From positions 1-64,000 of the forward strand of contig JAWMAR010001442.1 of assembly GCA_036785375.1 (NCBI GenBank): a stretch of DNA of 64,000 nt. The letters run 5' to 3'. The position numbers and the translations under genes are program-made. Numbering within the stretch: position 1 is the first letter of the stretch; every line of letters begins with the position of its first letter. Below are positions 24,787-35,803 of this stretch, piece by piece. The DNA is from Leucoraja ocellata. Taxonomy: Eukaryota. Under the pieces are notes generated by a model that worked only from the letters and a program-made list of their open reading frames with translations, did not search any database and was not told the origin of the DNA.

Positions 24787-27062
24787 TTATGGAAAGGCAG
24801 GGCAGAAATCCAAACAGGTGTCTCATAAAAGAACTTTAGATGTTTATGACATCACATAAAAGACTGATCAATGGCAGATCAAACTATAGACTGGCTAGAT
24901 TTATTGCAAACAGAATAGTAGAAAAACTTGTGTTAAATAGCAGGTTGAGTGTTTTGACTGAAAAAAAACAGAACAAAGGATCCGTCAACTGGGATTTGAC
25001 TCTCTTTCCCATCACCATGATCAGCTGGTACATTACAAGATACAAGATACAAGATACATTTAATTGTCATTTGGACCCCTTGAGGTCCAAACGAAATGCC
25101 GTTTCTGCAGCCATACATCGCTGTGATGGAAGGCCAAATAAACTTATCTCTCCACTGCACTCCCCCCCCCCCCCCCCCATGTCAGAGTCAGAGTCAAAGC
25201 CCCCGGCTGGCGATGGCGATTGTCCCGCGGTCATTAAAGCCACGCCGGGTGATGCAAGGTCGCACACCGGGTCTTGGTGTTAGAGCCCCCGGCGTGCACT
25301 CGCAGAGTCCCGCGGCCATTCCAAGCCGCGCGGGGCAGTGATGTAGGCCCCGCTCCAGGAGCTCTTCAACCCCGCAACTCGGGCGGGGGAAGTCGCTGTT
25401 GCGAGAGCCCTGAAAAGCGGTCTCCCTCCAGGGACCCGCGGGCTCCTGGTGCCGCCGTCCACAGACCCGCAGTTGGAGCCTCCGACTCTCCGGTCGGGCC
25501 GCAGCAGCAGCAGCAGCAGCAGCGCTCCTCCACCGCTCCACCCGCTCCGGACTCGGCCAGCCCCGCGACAGTGACGGTGAGTCGTAGCACCAGAGTCCCC
25601 GGTCTCTTCCTGTTGGAGGCCGCTCTTCGTTGCGGCCCCAACGACAACGGAAACCCGACAAGAAAAGGTCGGGTCTCCCGTGCAGGGAGAGATTTAAAAA
25701 GTTCCCCCCCCCCCCTCCCACCCCACCCCCGCCCCCCCACACACACACCCCAACAAAAAATAACAAAAACTACATAAAAACACAGACAGAAAATAATAAA
25801 ACGCGGACAGACTGCAGAGGCCGCTGCTGACCAGAGTCGCGCCGCCCACCGGACGGCATTACAGGGGCACAATTTGATATGTGCTTTGCTTGGAACCCCT
25901 GCTGCATCGATTAGTAATACTGAGCAACATGAATGAGAAAAGCAACTTTTTTCCCTGTAGGCCAAGCCTGTGATTCCCTCAGTTTAAAGAATGTCACATG
26001 CTGATATCACAGCCTTACTCTGACCATGTGTCTCACCATCTCTGAAACCTTCACCACAACACAACCTTCAGTAAAGGTGTCATTCTTCCAGCTCAGGGCA
26101 CTCGTAAACCTGCACTCCTTTCACCTTTGTACCACTTGCTGTGTCATGTTGCAGTGTTGCCCACAAACACCAAAACTCACTCAGCCACAGACTAGTGTCA
26201 GTTTAGTGTGACTGTGCTCCAGTGAAGACTTTGAGGCGTTTCAGTAATTGATAGAAATGATCAGAAATAAATTAGTGGCTGACTCTCCAGTGACAGCAGA
26301 GCAAATCATAAATGGTTAGAAGTATCAAGGTCCCTCTCCTGCTGCAGATTGGGATGAAATTCTGCATTAGATGTATTTTCCCGTTTCACATCAGAATCAT
26401 TGGGCGAGGAAGAGAATGATTTATTCATTCATTGCCCCTGACTGGCCTGCACTGCCACTTGTCTTCTGAAGCAGCATCATGAGTCTAATTGCACTCAGCT
26501 CACTCTTGTGTGTGCACTGTTTACACACTTAGTCACTTGGACCACATGAGCTAATTTTGCTCTCAAACACTTATTGTGGAGTGTGATTAGGTTTGTGTCA
26601 GAATTGAAACTTTCAGTGAGCCTGGAGATCAAAGCCTTCAGCTGCGTAGAAAGCAGAGTCTGTCTGACAGGAGACATAACATTTGTCAATGTAAGATGTT
26701 GTCTATTTCACAACCCCTCCTTCTTTAAGCAAAATGGTGAGCAAATTCCTTTCAAAAATAGTTATGTGCATGGTATTAGTGTGGATGACAGTGGTTGCAG
26801 AGTCATCAGAAATTTATAAGCCTAGTTTAACAGTGTGCAATGTTTTTGCTTTGTGAATCTTGTTTTAATCAGCAATGTGATATTGTTAAACATGTGTGTT
26901 TGCAAGATGCTCAATCCCGTCCCATATCAGTGACAGTCGTGTAGTTCCAGCATCGCGGTGTCGGGGGGAAACCGCCTCCTATGAAACCTGGCAGAGTATG
27001 GATACTCTCCATCCTGTCAAATGCTGGTATCTTCCACAAGAGACATTTTGTCTTGCTCATCC

Positions 27063-27166
27063 TTAGATGATTATAACCAAACACGTCCATTCCTTGCAAC
27101 ATTCCTTGCATTCCCTGAGTTTCTCCTTTGGACTGAGGTCTGTGTCCGGGAGGTGGGTTAATAAAT
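27063..27166 (-). CDS. Candidate second Cys-rich secretory tail exon
   Basis: After ccacag, phase 1 reads DLLTHLPDTDLSPKEKLRECKECCKEWTCLVIII*. ATTAAA at 26864-69. The polypyrimidine tract is weak. Confidence 0.3.
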
Positions 27167-27259
27167 CTGTGGCAATTTGTGCTAACTACAGTTTTCACCC
27201 AAAGCCAGTATAGGACAGGAGACCGGTTAGAGCCCTAGATCTTGCCTCACCAGTTTGCA

Positions 27260-27265
27260 TTTATT
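27260..27265 (-). terminator. Likely polyadenylation signal of short secretory IgW mRNA
   Basis: AATAAA on the minus strand about 320 nt past the tail stop codon. Confidence 0.55.
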
Positions 27266-27587
27266 ATAGGGTCACCCTATTTTTTACTGAGCCACTTTGA
27301 CATTTCACACCGTTTACCTTAAACATCTCCTGCCTTTCGATCTCTGGGTGGTCCTTGCTGACTAGAGTCTGAGCATGAATAAATCTGGCCAGTGGCACTG
27401 GGATGTGAAGCAACAATGTCTGCAAATGAATGAATACACAGGCAACTAGTGGAAGGGAGAGGGAGACAGCTTGAATTGGGTATTTCCCACACTCTGGTAC
27501 ACTTTGATCCCAGTAGATACCAGGGGTTGGATTTGAATCTTATAAATGGGTAGTAATAATAGAATGACAAATTCCATACGCAGCCAA

Positions 27588-27715
27588 CTACTTTATTTCA
27601 CACTTTCCTGCCCAACAATGATACTGCTGGGTAGAACCATCTGAGAATGACACATTGAGATTACTCTGGTAGATGAACTTCGGCAGACACTTCGAACAGC
27701 CGGGACATTTTCCAC
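27588..27715 (-). CDS. IgW: Cys-rich secretory tail exon of short IgW
   Basis: Acceptor cttccatttccag, phase 1, GGKCPGCSKCLPKFIYQSNLNVSFSDGSTQQYHCWAGKCEIK*. This matches the C-terminus of skate short IgX as I recall it. Confidence 0.9.
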
Positions 27716-27942
27716 CTGGAAATGGAAGATTAATTGATTTAAATGTTAAGAGATTTTTACCTCCCGTGTTGAGGTTCACATATTCCCAGTCTGTGTCCTC
27801 AGTATTTATCAGCATATGATTATGCCGACCACGATAAACTGCTTCACTTTATCCAGGATCAGACAACACTTTAAAGAGTGTGGAGATGAGTTCAAAAATA
27901 ATCCAGGCACTGACATTTCAATGAAAGGGAAAGGGCAATCTA

Positions 27943-28453
27943 CAGGTGAGTTGGACAGTTTGGGTGAGTGGGCAGATGCATGGCAGATACAGTTTAATGT
28001 GGATAAATGTGAGGTAGCAAAAATAGGAAGGCAGATTACTATCTTAATTGGGTCAAGTTGGGAAATGGGGAAGTACAATGGGATCTTGGGGTTCTTGTTC
28101 ATCAGTCAATGAAAATAAGCATGCAGGTACTGCAGGGAGTGAAGAAAGCGAATGGCATGTTGGCCTTTATAACAAGAGGAGTTGAGTATAGGAGCAAAGA
28201 AGTCCTTCTGCAGTTGTACAGGGCCCTAGTAGAGACCACACCTGGAGTATTGTGTGCAGTTTTGGTCCCCTAATGCGTGGAAGGACATTCTTGCTATTGA
28301 GGGAGTGCAGCGTAGGTTCATCAGGTTAATTCCCTGATTGGCGGGACTGTCATGTGCTGAGAGAATGGAGCGGCTGGGCTTGTATACCCTGGAGTTTAGA
28401 AGGATGAGAGGATATCTTATTGAAACATATAAGATTATTAAGGGTTTGGACAC
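27943..28453 (+). mobile_element. CR1 fragment truncated at its 3' end, 48 bp from the CH1 donor
   Basis: CR1 ORF2 sequence stops abruptly at ...aagggtttggacac, whereas other copies (19380, 46260, 59380) continue gctagaggcagg... Confidence 0.85.
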
Positions 28454-28501
28454 TTTAGTTCTATCATCAGCTTTAAATGGACAACAAAATCTCACACTAA
28501 C

Positions 28502-28807
28502 CTTGAGGCTTCGGGAACGCCGTTATTACCATGTTGTCCAGCTTGGATCCTGCCATGCAGTAGTAGGTTTTCCTGTTCCAATCTGCTACAGAGACTCGCA
28601 GCAAGCTGCTCATTGTGTACTTGTTGTTTTGTCCCAACACTGGTGGGTACTTTGTGATTCCATTGTTGATGACCCCACTGCTGGTGGACCATGTCTGACT
28701 GATGACCTCAGGCAGGTAGTCCTTGACCAGACAGAGGATGCTGATCTCTTGGCCAGATTCGGTGTTGCAGGAAGAGGTTATGTGGACTGAAGGCAAAACC
28801 ACATCCT
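28502..28807 (-). CDS. IgW: IgW CH1 exon
   Basis: Acceptor tttccatttcag, EDVVLPSVHITSSCNTESGQEISILCLVKDYLPEVISQTWSTSSG...DWNRKTYYCMAGSKLDNMVITAFPKPQ, donor GTTAGT. C1-set domain, 306 nt, phase 1-1, with an extra N-terminal Cys suited to light-chain bonding. Matches skate IgX CH1 as I recall it. Confidence 0.95.
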
Positions 28808-29286
28808 CTGAAATGGAAATAAATTAACAGTTGGTCCTATAGTAAATGGATTATTACCAGCGCATGCAACAGGTTCATGCTGATTGCTGAGTGAATGCAG
28901 GTGATTCAAGCTGAGAGAAGGCCAGGCAGAGCAGACAAATAGTTTCTTTCCCAATCCCTTTCACACCGTGCATGACCAAGCAGTGAAATGCTGATCTCAC
29001 ACTGGGGAAGCAACATCTGCCAACCAGAGGGACAAACCGGCCTGTGCTCTGGGTGATGTGTCCCAGGTCAGGAACCACATGGTATGGTGCCAGATGGACC
29101 ATATCTATAACCACCGGGCCAAATGGTGCTGGATCTGGCCTGTTGTGGAACTCCTTCAATGCTGGGCCTCGGGGAGTGTTGTACAACTAAGGGATCTTGG
29201 AGAACAGCTACACAGATCCCAGGAAGCGTTGTCACAGGTAAATAGGTTGGTAAACAAAGCTGTTCATGAATCAGGGAATTTATATA

Positions 29287-29856
29287 CAGTAACCCCTCGT
29301 TTTAACGGACCACTTTATAACAGATTTTGGATGTAGCGGACGGACCTGCCGACACCACCCTTGCACGCATGGTCCTTGGAGTCACCAACATACTGCACCT
29401 TGGAAGCAGCAGCTGGTGAGAGGAGAGGGTGCCCCATGGTGAGCATGCACCTTGTCAGTGGCCTGAGGAAAGCACTGCCAGTCAGAAGCTACATTGTGAG
29501 CCACAACCACAGCCGTGTCACCGGACCGTGCGGTGGATGAAGAAGGACTCGCTGGTGCAGAGCAGAGACAATGGCGCCTGGTTTTAAGTTGAAATAACAC
29601 AAAGTATTTGAGTAACCCAGCAGACTGAATCAGTCTGAAGAAGATTCCCCACCTCACCTATTGATGTTCTCCAGAGATGCTCCCTGACCAGTTGAATTAC
29701 TCCAGCACTTTGTGTCTTTTTGTGTATTAACCAGCATCTGCATTCTTTGTTTCAACTACATATACGGGTAATACCTTTCTTGTTTAAAGCTAACATTCGG
29801 CAATAATGGATACTATCCCCCCCCACACCATGGTCCGTTATAATGGGGGTTTACTA
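29287..29856. mobile_element. Tigger/pogo-like non-autonomous DNA transposon
   Basis: TA|cagtaacccctcgttttaacggacc ... ggtccgttataatgggggtttact imperfect TIRs. Confidence 0.6.
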
Positions 29857-30794
29857 TTCAGAAGTTGGATGTTATACTAGAATGTTACAAGAAATCGGTG
29901 AGGCTGAATTTGGAATACAATGTTGAGTTTTCATCAAGCTACTCTCGGAAAGATATCATTAGGCTAGAAGAGTGCTGAGAAGATACACAAGTATGTTGCC
30001 AGGACTCAAGGGCCTGAGCTGGAGGGAAAAGTAGGGCAGGCTCGGACTTTACTCCTTTATACCTCTAGAAGGCAGAAGAGTGATCCTATAAAGGTGTATA
30101 AAATCATGAGGGGAATAGATAGGGTGAATGCACAGTCTATTACACAGGATAGGGGAATCAAGATATAGGTGTAAGATGAGAGGAACAAGATTTAATGGGA
30201 ATGTGTGGGGAACTTTCTCATACACAGGGTGGTGGATATATGGAACAGGCTGCCAGATGAAACAGTTGAGGCAGGTACGATAACAGCATTTAAAAGACAC
30301 TTGGACAGATACATGGATAGGAAAGAATTAGAGGACATGAGGTAAACATGGGCAAGTGGGACTAGCATACATGGAACATCAGGCTGCCTTGCACAAGTTG
30401 AGCTGAAGGGCCTGTTTCCGTGCTGTATGACTCCATGTCTCTGAGTTATTAATGGGCTGGGAAATGCTTTGAGATGTCCTGGGGTTGTGGAAACCTTCAA
30501 CAAAATAAAAAAACATCAAATAAAAGTGGAAATAGTGGTTGTCAGATACTGTACTGAAAGAGTTTGATGATAGAGCACTGAAGTGAAAGGGTGATTCTGC
30601 TTCTCTCCCCACAGATGCTGCCTGAGCTGTCGAGTGTTTCGTGCAGGAGGATCAATGATATCAGGCGGCGAGACTTGTAGCTCACAGTGTTTTCCATCCC
30701 GGGATCAGCAGGTGGTGAGTGCAGTTTAATTTGGATCAATGTTCCTAATGTGGTCAGGAGGTGGGTCAGAGACAGGAAAACACATCATACTAGC

Positions 30795-31314
30795 AGCTGG
30801 GGGGAGGAGCTGGGTGCTGGGGGGAGGAGCTGGGTGTTGGGGGGAGGAGCTGGGTGTTGGGGGAGGAGCTGGGTGCTGGGGGGAGGAGCTGGGTGCTGGG
30901 GGGAGGAGCTGGGTGCTGGGGGGAGGAGCTGGGTGCTGGGGGGAGGAGCTGGGTGCTGGGGGGAGGAGCTGGGTGCTGGGGGGAGGAGCTGGGTGCTGGG
31001 GGGAGGAGCTGGGTGCTGGGGGGAGGAGCTGGGGGGAGGAGCTGGGTGCTGGGGGGAGGAGCTGGGTGCTGGGGGGAGAAGCTGGGTGCTGGGGGGAGGA
31101 GCTGGGTGCTGGGGGGAGGAGCTGGGTGCTGGGGGGAGGAGCTGGGTGCTGGGGGGAGGAGCTGGGTGCTGGGGGGAGGAGCTGGGTGCTGGGGGGAGGA
31201 GCTGGGTGCTGGGGGGAGGAGCTGGGTGCTGGGGGGAGGAGCTGGGTGCTGGGGGGAGGAGCTGGGTGCTGGGGGGAGGAGCTGGGAGCTGGGGGGAGGA
31301 GCTGGGTGCTGGGG
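30795..31314. repeat. G-rich 20-bp minisatellite (GAGCTGGGTGCTGGGGGGAG)n, about 26 copies, in the JH-CH1 intron
   Basis: Near-perfect tandem array visible directly in the sequence. Confidence 0.97.
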
Positions 31315-32231
31315 TGAGAAGGGGCAATAAACTGCCCGTCTGGGTTGCCATCCTGGGGGCATTTAGTGCCAATTGCATTGCTGGGTCAGGGGTCAGAAAT
31401 AGGCTCGACTGGGTAAGGACAATAGATCTCCTCCTCTGAGGGACAGCGGGGAAACTGAGAGGTCATCATTACTGTGGATTTGTGCACAAAATCCAGTTTA
31501 CTAGCAAAAGAAAATCTGACACTGGTCCAATCTGTCCCAGATTATGAACAAAGTTTAAATTCCACAGCTGTTACGGAATTAAACTGGGGTCTGATTGTAG
31601 CCTGATGCCCGTCCATTGGATCACTGTAACTGTGGTGTTTCGGACAACATTTTCCCCTCACCAGCGGTATGCCGATTCTGCTGTGTGCAGAGTGGATCCA
31701 CAGTCCCTCCTTTACAACACTGCTCTATTGTGAACATGCCTCACTGCCTGTGAAGCGCTCGGGAACACCATGAAAGGTGCTCTGTCAATCACTGAGATTC
31801 ACTGAGACACCAGCAGCCCTGGTTAATGGAACAAAGCACGTGTTGGACAAACCCAGTCAGTCGGCTGGCGGAGGAGGGCAGCAAATTAGAGCCGTGCCTC
31901 CATCTGTGAACTGGGAAAAAGCAGCTCTTTTGTGCAGCAAAACCCACGTCAAAAACACCAAGCAACTTGACTCAGAATCTAAACTATCCGCATCAGTGAA
32001 TTCACAATGAAGAATAAAAGGTATTGACTTACTAAGGATCTCTAAATGTTGAAATTCAATACTAGACGCAACGAAAACCTGGTGTACTAAACCCCACATC
32101 TACAGTAGAACCATGTACAACATTCTCTCATTACTTTCAAATCATTCATTATTGTGAACCTTTGTTTTTGAACCAGCATCAATGTGTTTTACAATCTAGA
32201 GAATGTTCTGTGTTCTGAAGCATTTACACAA

Positions 32232-32530
32232 GGAGTGTTTGACAGAGCAATGTAGAGGGAGCTCGACTCTGTGTCAAACACACTGTCCCTGCACTGGGAG
32301 AGAGTGTAGAGGGAACTTCACTCAGTGACTAACCCGTACCCTGGGTGTGTGTGGAGACAGGTTGGATGGAGCCTCACTCCTTGTCTAACCTGTGCTGTCC
32401 CTTCCCTGGGAGTGTTGGGACAGGAAGATGGAACTTTGTATCTAATCTGTAGCTGACAGCACAGTGACACGGGGAGATTTATTCTGCATTTGACTCATGC
32501 TCTGTCTGACCTGGATGTGTTTGATGGGAT
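32232..32530. repeat. Degenerate ~65-bp tandem repeat in the JH-CH1 intron
   Basis: Recurring gtgtagaggga..act..tctaacc.gtgctgtccct..ctgggagtgt motif, 4-5 decayed copies. Confidence 0.55.
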
Positions 32531-32599
32531 CGCTTTGCGGGAGCAGGTACTGGAGTCATAGCGTCATAGATTAATAGTGTGGAAACAGGCAGATTAATC

Positions 32600-33870
32600 T
32601 CCAAAAGACTGGAGGGTGGCTGATACTGACGCGTAATTGAAGAAGGACATTAGGGCCAAGCCAGGGATCTACACCAGTGAGCCTGACGTCATTGGTGGGA
32701 ATGTCCTTAGGGATAGGAACTACCCGTATTTGGATAGACACGGACTGATTAGGGATAGTCCTAAATGTACAAGATCTAGATCATTTGGGAGGGTGGGCCA
32801 AGGATTAGGGACAGCATGGCTTGTGTTGGGAAAATTGTGCCTCATGTACCTGATAAGGTTCAATAAGGTCTGGCATGGTGGGCTGGTGTGGAAGGTTAGA
32901 TCTCATGAAACCCAACATGAACTAAATTAGCTTGGAGGAAGTGGACTACTGCAGGGGTCAGTGCTGAGACCACTGTTGTTGGTTATCTACATTAACAGTT
33001 TGCCATACAATATAGTGGACATTGATAGTAAGTTTGCAGATGACACCAAAGTCAGAGCATGAGTGGACAGTGAGAGGGATAAGTTTACAATAAGATCAAG
33101 ATCAGTTGGGAAAGGGAGCCAAGGAATGCCAAATGGAATTTAACTCTGACAAGTGAGGGAGTGTTGAACTGTGGTAGATCAAACCAGGGCTGGACTTACA
33201 CAGTAAATGGTAGCGCCTGAAGAGTGTTGTAGAACAGACAGATGTGGAAATGCAGAGGCATGGTTCGCTGAGAGTGGCGAGTTAGGTGGATGGGGAGCTG
33301 AGGTGGCTTTTGGCAGACTGCCTTCAATGGGAAGGGTACTGAGTATAAAAGTTGGGACATGATGATGCAGCTGTATAAGTCATTGGTGAGACCACGCTTG
33401 GAGTAAGTACTGTGTGTAGTTCTGGTCACACAGCTACAGGATGTCATTATATTGGAAAGGACTTGGAAAAGATTCACCAAGATATTGTCTGGACATGTGA
33501 GGTTCTGTTTTAGGGAGAGGGAGGATAAGGTGGGTTTTTTCCCCTTTGGGGCAAAGGACACTGGGCAGTAACGTTATTGAGGTGAACAAGATCATGAGGG
33601 GCATGGATAAGGTGCACGCTCACAGGTTTTGCCCCAGGATAGAGGTTTCTAAAACAAGAGGGCACAGGCGTAAGGTGAGTGGGGAGAGATTTAAAAGGGG
33701 ACTTCAGGGGCATTTTTATTCACATTGGGTAGGCAGTATCTGGAATGAGTTGCCAGAGAAAACTATAAAAGCAGATAGAATTACGAAAAATCCGGTATAT
33801 GGATGAGAAGGATATGTGGCCAATGGGCCGAGCCCAGAAAGCCAGCTTGGTCGGCATGCACAAGATGGAC
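32600..33870 (+). mobile_element. Old CR1-type LINE fragment in the JH-CH1 intron
   Basis: Decayed [18 protein letters not shown] and TRGH peptides. Confidence 0.75.
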
Positions 33871-34096
33871 TGAAGGCAGATGATGGCGAGACTCAGGGAA
33901 AGAACAGCCTGTGGGGCAATTCAACGTGGTGGGAAATGTACTGTTGCTGGGTAGATTCTAACTCTGGAGAAACCCGCCTGTGTCCGGGAAATCCGTTCCA
34001 AATATCACACCGAGTTCAGGTCAATTACAGAATTGGCAAAGACCATACATTAATAAAACACAACTGGGTAAAATGGAATTGAGGAATTGGTCTTAC

Positions 34097-34144
34097 CTGA
34101 AGTCACTGTCAGCGAGGTTCCTGCACCCCAGTATTCAAGATAGT
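34097..34144 (-). CDS. IgW: IgW JH segment
   Basis: YLEYWGAGTSLTVTS with the WGxG motif, followed by phase-1 donor GTAAGA. Confidence 0.96.
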
Positions 34145-34183
34145 CACACTGATTCATTTTCCCACTCAGTCAGTACAATAACT
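34145..34183 (-). other. J 5' recombination signal sequence (23-bp spacer)
   Basis: CACACTG (34145-51), 23 nt, ACAATAACT (34175-83). Confidence 0.9.
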
Positions 34184-34509
34184 CCACTCGCCCTCCACAT
34201 CCAATAATCTCAGCAAAGTGTCAACGTGAACTCTGCCCGGACCAGGAGCAGCCGTTTCCTGCATTTCCATCCCAATCTCCGTCCTTGTTCAACCTCTGGT
34301 GTGAATAAAAGTGGCATTTTTGCCGTCTGCTGTCACCGGCTCTGGCCGTCCCTCACAAACACAATCGCCTCCTTTCGGGCTTTTAACCGGCCAGAAATGG
34401 ACATTTCTTCCCTGCAGTGCGAGCCAGGCTTCAGGGATTTGACTTTGGCAAGCAGCAATGTTCAATGGATGGAGACAGATTGCGCTGCGGACGCTCATTT
34501 GTCGGGGGC

Positions 34510-34575
34510 AGTTTTTGTTCAGCTCTCCACCGCCGTGGGCCAGTATACACGGTGATTCACCGCCGCTCACAAACT
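34510..34575 (-). other. IgW: DH2 segment (TATACTGGCC, 34538-34547) with RSS-12 on both sides
   Basis: CACGGTG (34548-54), 12 nt, TCACAAACT (34567-75). On the other side CACGGCG (34537-31), 12 nt, ACAAAAACT (34518-10). Confidence 0.9.
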
Positions 34576-34902
34576 GCGCTACCACATCCAGCCCGAAATC
34601 CAACACTGGCCAGAGTGGACAACGGTTTAATTAAAGCCCCGTCCATGTGTGTCCATGTGTCCCACACAGCAGTGTCCAGTCTCGGCCATTGCAGCCCTGT
34701 AGTGGACAGGAGATAACCCACCGCGACTGTCACCGTGACTCGACCCACAGCGGCTCCTCGCTGTTTGTGTTCCCACATCTCCAGTGGAACTTGTTCCCTG
34801 TGCCAGATGATGCACTCTGGATCTGGTTTATATCCACGGGTCCCGAGGAAAGGCGGCGGCGGCAGCGCCCAGAGACGTGATTTAAAGCGTTTGGCTGCGG
34901 CA

Positions 34903-34981
34903 GGTTTTTGTATTGAGGAAGTCCCATCTCTCACACTGTGCCCCCCGTATAGTCACAGTGATTCACCGCCGTACAATAACC
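34903..34981 (-). other. IgW: DH1 segment (ACTATACGGGGGG, 34941-34953) with 5' RSS-12 and 3' RSS-22
   Basis: V-facing RSS: CACAGTG (34954-60), 12 nt, ACAATAACC (34973-81). J-facing RSS: CACAGTG (34940-34), 22 nt, ACAAAAACC (34911-03). No stop codon in any sense frame. Confidence 0.95.
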
Positions 34982-35189
34982 CACATCCTCTCTCACTGTC
35001 TCCGAGCCCAGTCACTCCGCACGTCCGACTGTCAACTTGGAGCCCAAGGTCTCTCTCTGTTCATCGATGTTCCTTCTCGCCCAACCATTGACCGTGTGTC
35101 AGAGACGGACACCGGTTCTGATCGACCCGTGACTCCAGATCCACCCACGGCGCTTGGCTCCGAGCTGACGGCAGGTTCTCTCTCCCCTG

Positions 35190-35228
35190 GGTTGTTGTAC
35201 CGGCCCGGCCCCGCTTCCTCTCACTGTG
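35190..35228 (-). other. V 3' recombination signal sequence (23-bp spacer)
   Basis: CACAGTG (35228-35222), 23-nt spacer, ACAACAACC (35198-35190). Confidence 0.95.
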
Positions 35229-35526
35229 TCTCTCGCACAGTAATAGGTAGCCGTGTCGGCCAGACTCAGGCGGGTCATTTGGAGATAGACATTGCTGCTG
35301 TCCTTGGAAACAGTGAATCGGCCGCTGAAGGCGGGCGCGTAATCTTTGCCACCACCACTCCATATCACCGCCACCCACTCCAGCCCTTTCCCGGGGACTT
35401 GTTTCACCCAGCTCACGCCGTAGTCGCTGAGGCTGAACCCGCTGGTTACACAGGTCAGTTTGAGGGACTCTCCAGACTTTGCCGCCTCGGTCGGTTTCTG
35501 ATTCAGCACGACCGCGGATCGAACGC
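35229..35526 (-). CDS. IgW: IgW VH segment (unrearranged, open frame)
   Basis: Acceptor ttttattggcag, then [99 protein letters not shown]. Canonical Cys, Trp and YYC present. Confidence 0.97.
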
Positions 35527-35660
35527 CTGCCAATAAAAGAGAAACAAAGTTGAATAAACAGTTGAAGAGGCAGAGGGTCAAAGAGTGTCCGAGAAGCAGC
35601 CCGGCCCCGAGTGGGGGTGACGCCCGCCCGCCCGCCCGCCCGCCGCGGGGGGACACCCAC

Positions 35661-35706
35661 CTGGCAGACAGGACAGAAGGAGACAGAGATAAGCAGCGAC
35701 CCCCAT
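35661..35706 (-). CDS. IgW: IgW heavy chain leader (signal peptide) exon
   Basis: ATG at 35706-35704 gives [15 protein letters not shown](G), 46 nt, phase-1 donor GTGGGT. The intron to the V exon is 134 bp. Confidence 0.93.
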
Positions 35707-35795
35707 CACTCTGAGCACTGACACACACTTGGACACTCCAGGAATGGGCGGCTTCAGCTCAAGGCCGGCTTTGTCGGGAGCAGCAGTCAGCGCTG

Positions 35796-35803
35796 TTTAA
35801 ATA
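35796..35803 (-). promoter_or_regulatory. Putative TATA box of the IgW VH promoter
   Basis: TATTTAAA on the minus strand about 90 bp upstream of the leader ATG, next to a GGAAGT Ets-like core. No ATGCAAAT octamer nearby, consistent with cartilaginous fish VH promoters. Confidence 0.6.

Noticed and set aside
25050-25965. GC-rich ORFs with poly-Q, poly-A or poly-C runs
   Set aside because: They come from a (CAG)n tract within an unclassified repeat with a (caagata)n tail, and show no recognisable domain.
30687-31439. Five long ORFs on both strands (Gly/Trp- or Pro-rich)
   Set aside because: By-products of the stop-free 20-bp minisatellite.
34725-34750. Possible third D segment around caccgtg/cacagcg
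   Set aside because: The heptamer-like words lack correctly spaced nonamers.
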